Assembly (NCBI GenBank): GCA_951406725.2
Contig: OX597838.1
Coordinates: forward strand, 22,134,001 to 22,198,000
Length of the DNA: 64,000 nt
DNA from: Octopus vulgaris
Lineage: Eukaryota
Reading direction: 5' to 3'
Of this stretch, positions 1 to 13,318 are shown in pieces. Position numbers and translations under genes: made by a program. Positions within the stretch are counted from its first letter, which is position 1. Every line of letters starts with the position of its first letter. The notes under the pieces are model-generated. The model made no database searches, was not told the DNA's origin, and worked only from the letters and a program-made list of their open reading frames with translations.

Positions 1-87
1 TCCTGGGGTCGATTTACTCGGCTAAAGGCGGTGCTCCAGCATGGCCGCAGTGAAATGACTGAAATAATAAAACAGTAAAAGAGTAAA
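1..87 (+). mobile_element. SINE family A, 3' end (cut by window edge)
   Basis: Matches the 3' end GGCGGTGCTCCAGCATGGCCGCAG..AAATGACTGAAA of full copies at 12670 and 56926. Confidence 0.85.
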
Positions 88-100
88 TATAAGTGTATAA

Positions 101-418
101 ACACTCTGTGAGTTACGACGACGAGTCTTCAAGTTGATCAGATCAACGAATCATGAAATTAACGTGCAAGTGGCTGGGTACTCCACAGACACGTGTACCC
201 TTAACGTAGTTCTCGGGGAGATTCTACGTGACACAGAGTGTGATGACAAGTCTGACTCTTTGAATAACAGGTACTACTCATTTGTTTGCCAGCTGAATGG
301 ACTGGAACAAAGTGAAAGAAAGTGTCTTGCTCAAGGACACAACGTGTCGCCGGGAATTGAACTCACGGCCTTGCGATAGTAAGCCGAACAACCTAACAGT
401 TAAGCCACGCGCCGTCAC
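101..418 (-). mobile_element. tRNA-derived SINE, head D plus tail C
   Basis: Minus strand: GGCGCGTGGCTTAA..GAGTTCAATTCCCGG (A/B boxes), GTTGTGTCCTTGAGCAAGACAC core, then the family-C tail GAGAACTACGTTAAGGGTACACGTGTCTGTGGAG. Confidence 0.8.
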
Positions 419-754
419 AACTCTATGTATGTTACTTCGTTTATGCATTTTGTTTGCAAGATCCATTATGTAAATTTGTTGTCTCTAGGTAGGGTCAATA
501 CGCCATTAAAAAGAAACACAGGCACTGGTTCAGTACCACTTCTTTATTTTACCAACTAACTAGTCATGTAATTATGGCGATGTAAGGGTCTTACCCACTC
601 CAAGGAGGTAGTAAGTCCCTTACATCGGTCCCAGTGATCAAGTGATTCTTATTTTATAGACCCCGATAGGCAAACTCGTCTTTGGTGGTATTTGACCTTA
701 GATCGTGAAGATGGATGCTTTAATCTGACGTCGTATAATAAAAGAAATAAGTTA

Positions 755-970
755 TGGCGCCGATTGGCGGAGTCGTTAGCACGCCGGGTAAAATGCTTAA
801 CGCCATTTCGTCCGTCGTTACGTTCTGCGTTCAAACTCGACCGCGGTCAGCTTTGTCTTTCATTCGTTTGAGATCGATATAACAACTACCAGTTGTACAC
901 TGGCGGTAGATGTAAACGATTTACCCATCCCTTAAAACTTCTGGCCTTGTGCAAAGAATAGAAATCATTA
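755..970 (+). mobile_element. SINE family B, diverged, B2 tail
   Basis: GTTAGCACGCCGGG.AAAATGCTTA..GTTCAAA head and GGCCTTGTGC tail, as in the 16875 copy. Confidence 0.75.
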
Positions 971-1203
971 TAATACGTCAGAAAGTGAGAAACAGTAAGC
1001 AACGAGAAAGAGAAAAAAGACCAGAAAAATAATGATGAAAACGTTTTACACCGATACAATCTCGAAGACATAAGTAACAACTTTGAATTAAATATATCCA
1101 CCTCATCTCGCTTACCTTAGTTCTTTCGAGATAGAATAATTAAATAGAGTAAATATGTTCCATATTTCTCATATAATCTGTCTTAAAAATATAACTAAAT
1201 ATA

Positions 1204-1752
1204 TTGGGTTGTCCGGAAAGTTCGTGCCGAATTTTAAAGGAAAGAAAAAGTTCAATAAATACTTGCCATTAAATTTTTAATCAACCAGATATGAACCATT
1301 TTGTTGCACAATGCGTCTCCATCTTTCCTTTAACTTGAAAATACCCTCTTCCCAGAATTGAGGTGGTTTCAGGGCAAAGAATTCATCAAGGTATCTTTTT
1401 ACGTCATCCAAGGAATTGGAATTTTTACCATTAAGACGATTCTGCAGAGACCTGAATAAGTGGAAATCCAAAGTATGGAGGGTGGGGTAACACATCCCAA
1501 CCGAGCTGCAACAATTTTTGTCTGGTTCCCAAAGCATCAAGTACCGAAAATGAACTTTCTTATCTTCCATTTTAAAGGGTTACAGAATTCATACAGGTTA
1601 TAGGAACATAAATATTCTTCCTCGAAAAGATAGCTTAAACTGTGCTCTAAATGGAGGTGTAGTCAAATTCTATTTTATGGACTCAGCCATGTTCTATAAT
1701 AAGTCGAAAGTTAAGCAACTATAAACCGGCACGAACTTTCTGGGCAACTTAA
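1204..1752 (-). mobile_element. Internally deleted non-autonomous mariner
   Basis: TIRs TTGGGTTGTCCGGAAAGTTCGTGCCGA / CCGGCACGAACTTTCTGGGCAACTTAA with flanking TA. Transposase N-terminus MEDKKVHFR is joined to the C-terminus DFHLFRSLQN..LKERWRRIVQQNGSY. Confidence 0.92.
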
Positions 1753-2318
1753 TACTTTAGGACAGATTTTTTTTCTCATTGGCGTTCCTCAAATAAATTT
1801 TGTTTTTAAATTGAAAACATGTTTGCGTCATATTTCCCCATACAATAGTTATTCTCATGTAGCATATTGAGTAAAAAAAAAAAAAGGGAGTGATATGAAA
1901 TGGTTTTCAAATAAACTCTTTTCTAAAATTGCTAATAAGCAATTTTTTTATGCTCGTTTTTCCCCCAAAATTTTCCAAAATTCGGTTATTCTATGAATTC
2001 GATTTTTCATGCTTTCTGCATTCTGATTTTTCCGATCATTTGACATTTAGCTTTCTTACGTTCAGCTTTCTGGCAACCGGCCTTTATAAAACAAATCACA
2101 CACACACACACACACATGACACATACATACGGCACACGCACACAGCACAAAACACGACACAGACATGCACACAAACACACATGTATTTAGTACAGAAAAC
2201 TGTTGGAACCCGAGACAAGTAACCAAATTTTGAGGCTCCCTAATGAGTACTCCACCTCATTCCTATATGTGTGTTTATATGGTTAGGCCTCTTCTCTGCA
2301 TTCCCGACACTATGGCTT

Positions 2319-2369
<51 letters not shown>

Positions 2370-2559
2370 ATATATATATATATATATATATGCATAAACA
2401 TGCATACACACACACATATATGTATATATATATATATATGTGTCTATACATTCATACAAGCTCGTAAACACACATTGCTATACAGACACGCAAACATACA
2501 TACACACATATGCACACATGCATTTATACAATTATACATATATATATGTATAAATATAT

Positions 2560-2791
2560 ATTTCTTTACTACCCACAAGAGGCTAAACATAGAGGGGACA
2601 AACAAGGACAGACAAAGGGATTAAGTCAATTACATCGACCCCAGTGCGTATCTGGTACTTAATTTATCGACCCCGAAAGGATGAAAGGCAAAGTCGACCT
2701 CGGCGGAATTTGAACCCAGAACACTTAACGGCAGACGAAATACGGCTACGCATTTCGCCCGACGTGCTAACGTTTCTGCCAGCTCGCCGCC
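2560..2791 (-). mobile_element. SINE family B, full copy, B1 tail
   Basis: GGCGGCGAGCTGGCAGAAACGTTAGCAC head, GGGTTCAAATTCCG B box, CCTTTCATCCTTTCGGGGTCGATAAA core (Nin/Deu-domain-like), tail ..GTGGGTAGTAAAGAAATA. Confidence 0.9.
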
Positions 2792-2893
2792 AATATATGT
2801 ATAAATATAGATATAGATACATGTGTGTGTCTGTGTGTGAATGTGTATGTATGTATATACAGATGTACAAATATATACAGACAACATACAAGC

Positions 2894-2973
<80 letters not shown>

Positions 2974-3010
2974 GTATATATATATATATGTTTGCATGTG
3001 TAAATATATA

Positions 3011-3045
<35 letters not shown>

Positions 3046-3196
3046 GATAGATACATACATACATACATACATACATAAAAATAAATATGTATGTATATAT
3101 ACTCATATATACCTATAAATACTTTCATAAACATATATGTAAACAAATATATGTGCATGCGAGCTTGTGTGTGGCTGTGTGTACTGGCGTGCGCGC

Positions 3197-3271
<75 letters not shown>

Positions 3272-3649
3272 CGCGTTCGCGTTTGTGTGTGTGTGGAATA
3301 TGTGTGTGTGTGTGTGTATTATTACATAGACTGAGGCTCTGAAATATGAAACAATATTCCGCAACAAGTACCACCTCCACCGCCGCCACCACCTCCACCA
3401 CCACCACCACTACCACTTCTGACAATGCCATCCAGACACTCCAAGAGCTTAGTGCACAAACAACTGCAATCATCTCTCTCCTGCTGTGTTCTGCAGAACA
3501 TTGAATAACGTCTTAGAATTCTCTTGAAGACTTAAATATCTCGTGATGGACACTGTCTTTACTAACGTATATTTAGACTGAAGAATAAATTACACGATTT
3601 CATAGAAAGAAGATGTCGCCGTTCTGAGCGTACAACACACAACAGGTGG

Positions 3650-3790
<141 letters not shown>

Positions 3791-3868
3791 TAGATATAGA
3801 TATATACATATATATATATATATACATTTATATACATATATGCTGGGAGATATATGTATACCAATACG

Positions 3869-3920
<52 letters not shown>

Positions 3921-4156
3921 CCGAGATATATAGGACACAGATATATTTATACATTATGTATAGATAGATAAACAGATAGATATAACGTTACATGCTCATA
4001 TACATATATACTTATATGCCTAGACTTACACTTTTGCGTACAGGCACGCTTACGTCCATATGCAACAAGGATCACACTCACACACCTTTACAGTCGCAAG
4101 TATGCACATAGACACACACATAATTATATGTGTGTGTGTGAGTGTGAGTGTGAGTG

Positions 4157-4197
<41 letters not shown>

Positions 4198-4439
4198 GGT
4201 TCTCTTCAAACGTTGCTGATTTCAATAACTCTGGCTTTTTTCATTCCACAGAATCACCACGCATGCGTTGAAACATATTAGCCGACACTCACCAGCGCAT
4301 ATGTCCACGTACATACGCATACTTACACGCTCACATATATGGTCATACACTCACGTATGTATATAAACACAACACTTTAGTATGTGGACACACATGTGTG
4401 TCCATATTTATTTATTCAAACATACATAACTACATACCG

Positions 4440-4800
4440 ATGGACACACAGACAGATCTTACACTGCAATGCATTTCACTTTCATCAAAAACATGTGGTT
4501 CTGACTCATCCCAGTGTTCCAGATGAAAGAAGAAGAAAAATGGCGACAGCCAACATCTACAACACTGAAAAAATGTGGCAGTTAAGCTATCTAGCTTCGA
4601 AATCAATGTCCTTGTCATGGAGATGTTTGTGAGTGGATTTTAGGCCAAATTTGCCTATGAACTCATCTCACGGCTCTCAGTTTGCGGTTGAAAGCGAAGC
4701 AGCGCACTTAGGAAATAGCAGAAACAGCCGAGGAGGGTTGCAACAGGATCTGGACTAAGAGCAATAGACGTTTAATTTCAGAAGGCACGATTAGCACCAA
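4440..4800 (+). mobile_element. Decayed REL-endonuclease LINE 3' end (HERO/NeSL-like)
   Basis: Frameshifted pieces KHVVLTHPSVPDE, VLVMEMFVSGF and AETAEEGCNRIW resemble IELTVPWE, PVEVGCRGF and AExGSxWLW motifs in the expected order. Confidence 0.45.
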
Positions 4801-5064
4801 TTAGTATCTCCGACTAAACTGATTGCAACCTCCAAGGTGCCTTCGCTCTGGGGCACCTTAACTATCTAGAAAGGATGCAATACAGACGGTGGCACAGTAC
4901 GTAGCAATACAGAGGCATAGTGAAGACAGGCCTCCTCTTAAAGTGTAAGAAGTTAAGAACCAAACATTTGCATGACATCTGTAGGGTGGGTTGAGGACAT
5001 GTATTTAGTCCTGCTGGATTTCTAGTCGCCCTCCTCATCAGGCAAGCTTAGTGGATGTGCCGGT

Positions 5065-5155
5065 TTAGCTGCCGACGATCCGACCATGCAACAGGTTGTA
5101 CTGGATTCCATGTTACCAGTGTCGCTCATGAGAGATTTCTCACGTGACCTGACTC
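5065..5155 (+). mobile_element. RTE-LINE-type 3' tail
   Basis: GCCGACGATCCGACCATGCAACAGGTTGTACTG..CATGTTACCAGT..GACCTGAC matches the 3' UTR of the RTE fragment at 56220-56295 (-). Confidence 0.7.
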
Positions 5156-5748
5156 ATAACACACATACACATTCAATTCTTAAACAAGACTATTTTAGAC
5201 TGTGACTTCGAAGTCACCCGCAACAATATGTTTGTTTACGAATGAACTTGTAATCTACGGAAGTATATAGTAACCCCACGGATTATTGTAAGATTGTTTT
5301 TTATAACAAAACATCAATCTGATTTGAACTCAGAACGCAAATTTACGTAATTAATACTGTAAGATAAATGATGTATTATTATGTTCCGCCAACAATTTGA
5401 AAGATTCTTCAAACGTAACGCTCAGGTGAAAAACCATGTAGCGACAAAAGAAGATGAATTATGCGCTACAAATGAGGTAAATAGTCTGTCTAAAACAATT
5501 ATAATTTCATTCGCAGTAGTCGTCTCAGACATTATGACATTTGAAGCATATTCATAGTGTAAGTTAAATAGACAGATAGATAATTACATGGATAAATGAA
5601 TAAGTATATAGATAAAAAAATAAGATCGAAATGACAAAAATATCCCAGTATTTAACAAAGAATAAAATTAGCTGATGACCTATACATACATACATACATA
5701 CATACATACATACATACATACATACATACATACACACACATACATACA

Positions 5749-5804
<56 letters not shown>

Positions 5805-5822
5805 ATGTATAATATGTATATG

Positions 5823-5853
<31 letters not shown>

Positions 5854-5873
5854 GTGTGTGTGTGTATGTATAA

Positions 5874-5931
<58 letters not shown>

Positions 5932-5938
5932 GTATATG

Positions 5939-5971
<33 letters not shown>

Positions 5972-6032
5972 TTGTATGTATATATATATGTATGTATATA
6001 TATGTATATATATGCATGCATGCATACATATA

Positions 6033-6130
6033 TCACGTGATCATGTGACAGATCAGACTATCAGATGCTGTCACAAATCGCTGGCCGCAATGCATTTTGC
6101 CAGCGGGGTGGTGTTGCTGGAAGGGTAAAA
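6033..6130. mobile_element. SINE tail E fragment, internally inverted
   Basis: Shares the CACGTGATCA(C/T)GTGAC end and CCAGCGGGGTGG with 63001-63065, but the two parts lie on opposite strands. Confidence 0.55.
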
Positions 6131-6208
6131 TTACACAAAATGTATATATACACATATATGCGTTTAAGTATATGTGTGTGAATGAGTGTGCGCATGCGTG
6201 TGCGTGTG

Positions 6209-6270
<62 letters not shown>

Positions 6271-6271
6271 C

Positions 6272-6315
<44 letters not shown>

Positions 6316-7042
6316 GTGTATATGTGCATGTATATGTGCACATCCGTGCATGTGTTCGTATGTGTAGTTATGTATGTACATAAATCCATTTGATGCGAAA
6401 GAAGCAGTGTTAGGTTCAAAATAGCAATTTATGTATCGCACTGAATATAGGTAATACATCGTCGTAGGAAAACTTCAGTGCGGTACACGTTCAGAGAGAT
6501 GGACGTGCCGCGTTTAAAAACACAAAATGTATATGCAAATACCGCATAAATTTAACCTCTCCCGAAGTATTAGATATTAATGACCGGTAGGGAGGCGGTA
6601 TTTTGTTAAGCAACTATAATATGCTATAAAGTATATTAAACGCCGTTATAAGTCAATACCATGTGTTAGTAGTGCGCCTCCCATCATTAGTTACGGTTAT
6701 CTCTAGAGATATTCTATAAAAAATTATAGCCAATACTCTGACTTCATCTACGACGTTTCGAACTCGAGACGTCGGATTCAAACAGACAATGAGATCGAGA
6801 AGTAAAAAAGGGGAATCGGTGTATATACCATGTTTCGGGAATTTTTGCCCTTTCATCAGAACCCATCCAACTCTTTAACCATCCACGAACACAATGCTTA
6901 AAAAGCCACTAAATACGACATAGCATTATTGGATATACCAATTTCACATAATAAAAACACATTCCTGGAAGCTGGGACATAAATATTAATGACTTGTAGG
7001 GACACGGTATTTCCTTATGTAACCATATTACACAATAAAATT

Positions 7043-7607
7043 TTGGGTTATCCGAAAAGTTCGTGCCGATTTTTAAAGGAAAGAAAAAGGTGAATAAATA
7101 CTTGCCATTACATTTTTAATCAACCAGATATGAACCATTTTGTTGCACAATGCAACTCCATTTTCCTTTAACGTGAAAATACCCTCTTCTCAGAATTGAG
7201 GTGGTTTGATGGCAAAGTATTCATCAAAGTATCTTTTTACGTCAGCCAAGGAATTGAAATTTTTACCATTAAGACTATTCTGCAGAGACCTGAATAAGTG
7301 GAAATCCTAAGGAGCAATATCTGGTGAATATGGAGGGTGGGGTAACACACCCCAGCCGAGCTGCAGCAATTTTTGTCTGATTTCCAAAGCATCAAGTGCC
7401 GAAAATGAACTTTCTTATCTTCCATTTTAAAGGGTTACAAGTTTAACACAGGTTATAGGAACATAAACCTTCTTCCATGAAAAGATAGCTTAAACTGTGC
7501 TCTAAATGGAGGTGTAGTCAAATCCTATTTTATGGACTCAACCATGTTCTAAAATAAGTCGAAAGGTAAGCTACTATAAATCGGCACGAACTTTCCGGAC
7601 AACCCAA
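7043..7607 (-). mobile_element. Second copy of the deleted mariner
   Basis: Same TIRs and same deletion junction as 1204-1752; retains the HPPYSPDIAP motif. Confidence 0.92.
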
Positions 7608-7698
7608 AATATTAAACGTTTTTATAAGCCAATAACCGAGTTCTACTGTGTTAGCAGTGCGCTTTACATCACTTGTTATGGTTTTCTCTACAGAAATT

Positions 7699-7890
7699 AT
7701 AGCCAACGCTGGTTCTTGTTACGATGTTTCGTATCTGAAACTTCAGATGTAAACAAACAATGAATAATGAATAATAAATAATGAATAAAGAATGTAAGCA
7801 AACAAACAATCAAACAATAAATAATCATTGTTTCTTTACATCTGACGTCACGGATACGAAACATCGTAACAAGAATCAGAGCTGGCCACA
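7699..7890. mobile_element. MITE/foldback element with long terminal inverted repeats
   Basis: Left arm TTCTTGTTACGATGTTTCGTATC..TCAGATGTAAACAAACAATGA is the reverse complement of right arm TCATTGTTTCTTTACATCTGA..GATACGAAACATCGTAACAAGAA; AT-rich spacer. Confidence 0.75.
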
Positions 7891-8656
7891 AGTAAAATAT
7901 TAAATATGGCACATATGCAAGTGACTATATATTTGTGTGTATATGTGTAGGTAACCCTCAGCACGAATGCATGAGAGGGTCACTGTTATGAAACGAGATA
8001 TGTCGGGAAGAGTATTGGACATTTTGGGGAACCCTTTGTTTGCGCTCAAACTGAAGGCGCTCCCATATTCCTAACCCTGCGATCCACATTTGCGGTCGAT
8101 GTCTTGCTTCAACTCGTCTCCGGAGGATGTCAATATAGCGCAGAGAGTGGGTCTATCAGGTGTCCTCCAAGCCTTGCCGGACCTTAAGTTTTGCGTGAAC
8201 AATAGTCAGTGATGGACTTCCTCAATTACGAGTAGACAGCCATTATATATATATATATTTTTTTTTTTCGCGCGATTATTAACTCCGTCAGCATATATGT
8301 ATACAATTATGTCCGTTGGCTTTAGGATCAGATCATTTTAACTATTATTTCTAGCAATGTAGGTGTTTTTAACACCCTGGTCATATTTAGAGACAATTAT
8401 AGTTTTCCTTTTTGGTAAAACATTGCAAGACTCAACAAAAATTTTAGGAAAATAAAAAAGAAATAAGCGGAAATTTTAGCGGTGAGTGTGTTAAATTATA
8501 AGGCACCAAAAGAGAATGACTCTCCCCAGACACAACATAATATGCTTCAACACACGAACTCATATAAAGAATCTTGCAAACCAGATCCACAAACCGAAAT
8601 TGTAAACTAATATCTTTATTAATTTCACACATATATACATACCTACATATATATAC

Positions 8657-8740
<84 letters not shown>

Positions 8741-8757
8741 CTGAGAATTTCCTGAGC

Positions 8758-8856
<99 letters not shown>

Positions 8857-9276
8857 ACATATATATATATTTCTGAGAATTTTCTGTCTTTTGATATTTT
8901 TCACTCCAATTCATCACCTAGGGGAAATTCTTTTAGAAGCTGTTTGCTTTGCGTGTGTGAGAGAGTGTGAGGTGTGAGTATGTGTGCGTGTTGTGTTGTA
9001 TATGTGTATTGCGTGTGTGTGTGAGTGCGTGGTTTGTGCGTTTGCGTGAGTGCTGTGTGTGTGTTTGTATGTGAGCGTGCGTGCGTGCGCGCGTGGACGC
9101 ATGTGTGTATATAAGAAAAAGTAGACAAAATCCCAACGCGTTCATTCATGCAAGCTGAGATTCATGTTTGAAAGCATTTGTGCCTCTGAAGCAAACACTT
9201 AATTATTACATGAAAAGCCCAAACTAAAAGCAGTGAGAAATCTGCTAAAAGGAGAATAAATCCGTGTCAGAGAGAA

Positions 9277-9832
9277 GGCGCCGCGCTGGCAGAAACGTTA
9301 GCACGCCGGGCGAAATGCGTAGCCGTATTTCGTCTGCCGTTACGTTCTGAGTTCGACTTTGTCCTTCATCCTTTCGGGGTCGATAAATTAAGTACCAGTT
9401 ACGCACTGGAGTCTATGTAATCGACTTAGTCCGTTTGTCTGTCCTTGTTTGTCCCCTCTGTGTTTAGCCCCTTGTGGGTAGTAAAGAATTAGGTATTTCG
9501 TCTGTCTGTATGTTCTGAGTTCAAATTCCGCTGAGGTCGACTTTGCTTTCATCCTTTCGGGGTCGTTAAATTAAGTACCAGTTACGCACTTGTTTGTCCC
9601 CTCGACGTTTAGCCCTTTGTGGGCAATAAAGAAATAAGAAACGTTAGCATGCCGGGCAAATGCTTAGCGGTATTTCGTTTGTCGTTATGTTCTGAGTTCA
9701 AATTCCACCGAGGTTGACATTGCTTTTCATCCTTTCGGGATCGATGAATGTAGTACCAGTTGCGTACTGGGGTCGATGTAATCGACTGGTCCCCTCCCCG
9801 AAATTTCGGGCCTTGTGCCTAGACTAGGAATA
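9277..9832 (+). mobile_element. SINE family B multimer (three core modules)
   Basis: The TTCATCCTTTCGGG core recurs three times, with B1, B1 and B2 tails. Confidence 0.88.
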
Positions 9833-10653
9833 TTTGTTGGAGACACTGGATTTCAGGAGAAGCAGTACTCGACGAGGTGCATAACTTAGAGATCCGGGTG
9901 TCTATCTTGGTTGAAGCGTATGAGATCAGATTGAAAGTTCACAGTTTCGAAACTAGCGACATGTCGCAAGAAAGAAGCGGAAACCGGATTCTCCAAGCCG
10001 AGCCAACTGCATGAGACCAAAACCAAGGAACAGATCAAGAAGGAAAACGGTCGAATAATATCCATAGTCTTAGTTGGTGATGCTTAAAAATGTAACCGGA
10101 GATTCTAATGATGTTTGCTGCTGTTAGGACCCTACAGAGGAGGGGTACCTGAGGACACTATAATCACTATCATCCCACGAATAGTGGGCGGAGAAGAATA
10201 ATGAATGGATGGTCGATGACAAGCATTAGATTATACGCTGTGAATTAGGGGAGACAACTGTGTACATGTTTCATAATTGGCCCTCAGTAGTTGAAGCTGA
10301 GCCAAAACGTAAATCTTAGAATCGCGTAGTGATTCCCAGAAATGTATAATTCATGGTGACAAATTACTCGTAATTACAGTTATTCGTCTAATTACGGTCA
10401 GTTACTGATAATTAATGAGTTACAGATACGGCTGCAAGCGAGAGATGCCATGCGTTTCTTCCGAGCGTTGTACACAGCTGCAATCGTGAAAACATACATA
10501 CAATTGTACATACACACACAGTGAAACTATAGTTAGGTGCATGGTTGTATAAATGCATGTAAAAGCAAATCGGAGACGTTGACAAATTCAAGAGTACGTG
10601 TGTACTTATACACACTTTGATAAGGTAGTACGCACACATATACGTATTATATA

Positions 10654-10810
10654 TGGAGTGGCTGTGTGGTAAGCAGCTTGCTTACCAACCACATAACCCC
10701 GGGTTCAGTCCCACTGCGTGGCAACTTGGGCATGTGTCTTCTACTATCACCTCGTTCCGACCAGCGCCTTGTGAGTGGATTTGGTTGGCAGAAACTGAAA
10801 GAAGCCCGTC

Positions 10811-10812
<2 letters not shown>
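10654..10812 (+). mobile_element. SINE family A, 5' half
   Basis: GGAGTGGCTGTGTGGTAAG..GGGTTCAGTCCCACTGCGTGGC; ends at the internal (TA)n. Confidence 0.88.
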
Positions 10813-10851
<39 letters not shown>

Positions 10852-11035
10852 CAAGATAAGGGCAAAAGAAAAATTTAATGCCAAATATGCCGAAACAAAA
10901 ATTATTAATAACCATTATAATTTATGTGTCTCGAAACAAACCGATAGATATTTCTAAAAAATTCGTTATTACCGTATTGGTCCAATTTCGGAGTCAATTC
11001 ATAAGAATTTTCTCCTCTTCAGCGGCAAATACGCG

Positions 11036-11087
<52 letters not shown>

Positions 11088-11384
11088 CTGAAACGCAGGA
11101 TGATACTAATAATATAGCATGAACAGGATAAGCTATTGATATTTTGCAAAAAATTTGTCAGCGGCCTGTCATAAGATTCGATCTCACATCCCTGTGATTA
11201 CGCGCGAAGCACTTAACGCGTAATCACATTCATACGCCCCGCCACAGAACAGTAAACAAACAAGCAGCCACATTCACAAATGCATGACGCGGCTGCAAAT
11301 ATGGACATACACCTATACACACATATATACCCAGCCATACATACATACAAAGGTAAGCACGCATACATACATACACACAAAAAT

Positions 11385-11490
11385 GCACCATTGTTGATAA
11401 TGAAATTGCAATGAAGGAACATTGAATCTAGGTTAGAAACCGGCTCTTTCTCTCTTGGCAAGAAATCTTGAAATAAAACTGAACAATGAC
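11385..11490 (-). repeat. Interspersed ~100-bp repeat family I
   Basis: Reverse complement of the two tandem copies at 14245-14515. Confidence 0.7.
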
Positions 11491-11515
11491 ATACATAGTC
11501 TTCGTGTATGTATAC

Positions 11516-11591
<76 letters not shown>

Positions 11592-12021
11592 ATATACACG
11601 ATAGGCTTCTTTCCGATTCAGTCAACCAAATCCATTCACTAAATTTTGGTCAACCAGAGGCAACAGTAGAAGACTCTTGCTCAAGGTGCCACGCAGTAGG
11701 TCTGAACCCATTTGGTATACATAAAAACAATAACATGAAACTAAATTATCGCTCAATAATTTTTTAGGTGAGAATATATTTATCAACTTTGGTAGGGAGG
11801 AGATTGACTTTCACTTAGAAGTTTCGGGTTTAATCAGGCTGTGATTTGGTTCCTTTTTGGAGGTTTTTTCACTGTAAAATCTTTGGCATGTATTTTTTGT
11901 TTGTTTTTATTTCCGGTAGGTGGAGCAATATGGTGCTAATTATGTGTGGTCTTGGCAGAACGGCGGAGAAACAGTTGTGTCGGAAGCAGGGCGAGGGGGA
12001 AGAGATCTTTCCTTTTTCTAT

Positions 12022-12056
12022 ATTTCTGACGAAGAGCTCCACTCGAAATGTTAGAT
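12022..12056 (+). ncRNA. Minimal type-I hammerhead ribozyme motif
   Basis: ATTT-CTGACGA-A-GAG.ctcca.CTC-GAAA-TG-TT-AGAT: core, stem I and stem II present; the host repeat ends in (TA)n at 12159. Confidence 0.65.
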
Positions 12057-12154
12057 CCTCCTTCTTTCTTTCCTTTCCTGAGCGTCCAATAATACTATAC
12101 TTGTTCCACGTCCTCGCGTTGTTGTGTTTTCTCTTTGTGTTTTCATGTTTGGAT

Positions 12155-12199
<45 letters not shown>

Positions 12200-12320
12200 G
12201 CGCGCACACACACAAGTATGCACATGAATACAAAATGAGATGGAAAAAATAGTACTCGATTACCAAAGGTAGAGGAATAAGCTTTTTTATTAAAGCTGCA
12301 AAAACTTCACAAAAAAAAAT

Positions 12321-12358
12321 CTGTTACTCTAAATTTCACGTTTCCGTTCATCGGACAA
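12321..12358 (-). ncRNA. Hammerhead motif, family H
   Basis: Minus strand TGT-CCGATGA-ACG.gaaa.CGT-GAAA-TTTAGAG-TA-ACA. Confidence 0.65.
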
Positions 12359-12368
12359 GTGTGATCAT

Positions 12369-12406
12369 TCGTCCGACGAACGGAAGCGTGAAACTCAAAG
12401 TAACGG
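12369..12406 (+). ncRNA. Hammerhead motif, family H
   Basis: TCGT-CCGACGA-ACG.gaag.CGT-GAAA-CT.caa.AG-TA-ACGG. Confidence 0.7.
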
Positions 12407-12444
12407 TTCTTTGCGATGTTTTTGGGAATTGTATATTTATGTAT

Positions 12445-12522
<78 letters not shown>

Positions 12523-12669
12523 GTGAGTGTGTATATGTGTGTCTGTATTTGTATGTGCATTATGTTTGTATGTATGCATGTATATGCACATCTTTATATG
12601 TATATATAGTGGACTCTCCTTTTGTAGACCTCGAATAAATGTCCCACAACTTCTTTCTGAACAATTATA

Positions 12670-13084
12670 GGCGCAGGAGTGGCTCTGTGGTAAGTAGCTT
12701 GCTTACAAATCACATGGTTCCGGGTTCAGTCCCACTGCGTGGCACCTTGGGCAAGTATCTTCGACTATAGCCTTGGGCCGACCAAAGCCTTGTGAGTGGA
12801 TTTGGTAAACGGAAACTGAAAAGAAGCCCGTCATACATATGTATATATATGCATGTGTGTGTATATGTTTGTACGTCTGTGCTTGTCTCCCCAACATCGC
12901 TTGACAACCGATGTTGCCGTGTTTACGTCCCCGTAACTTAGCGGTTCAGCAAAAAAAAATGACCGATAGAATAAGTACTAGGCTTACAAAGAATAAGTCC
13001 TGGGGTCGATTTTGCTCGACTAAAGGCGGTGCTCCAGCATGGCCGCAGTCAAATGACTGAAACAAGTAAAAGAGTAAAAGAGTG
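12670..13084 (+). mobile_element. SINE family A, full length
   Basis: tRNA-like A/B boxes, CCTTGGGCAAGT CORE-like segment, internal TA/TG microsatellite, GTAAAAGA repeated tail. Confidence 0.93.
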
Positions 13085-13159
13085 AAACATGTGGTTGTAT
13101 CTGTATATGCCTCCATGCGTACATTTATGCGTACACATCGACCGCTTGCTACTAAAGCT

Positions 13160-13318
13160 TTTTTTTTATTCTCTCTGTTTATTTCCTCGTGTTCCTTTCT
13201 GTTCAAGAGCATAGGCTCGAAATGTAAAGGACTTTCTCACCTTGCCGAGCATTAAACTAATACACCTGTTTGTTGCTTACGTCTTTTGTTGCTTTTTTTT
13301 TTTGCAAATTCCAACCAC
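13160..13318 (+). mobile_element. Family F short repeat with degenerate hammerhead (13194-13230)
   Basis: CTTTCTGTTCAAGAGCATAGGCTCGAAATGTAAAGG; homologous to the 28113, 46428, 47095 and 55934 copies. Confidence 0.7.

Noticed and set aside
1116-1177. Minus-strand mini-exon with AAG|GTAAGC donor
   Set aside because: Weak acceptor and stops in all frames.
3497-3645. Plus-strand exon candidate after a CTGCAG acceptor
   Set aside because: Donor GTGGTC is weak and no credible reading frame was found.
8730-8886. TTTCTGAGAATTT duplicated around (CA)n
   Set aside because: Likely slippage or an assembly overlap; the same applies to the 30-bp tandem duplication at 38971-39030.
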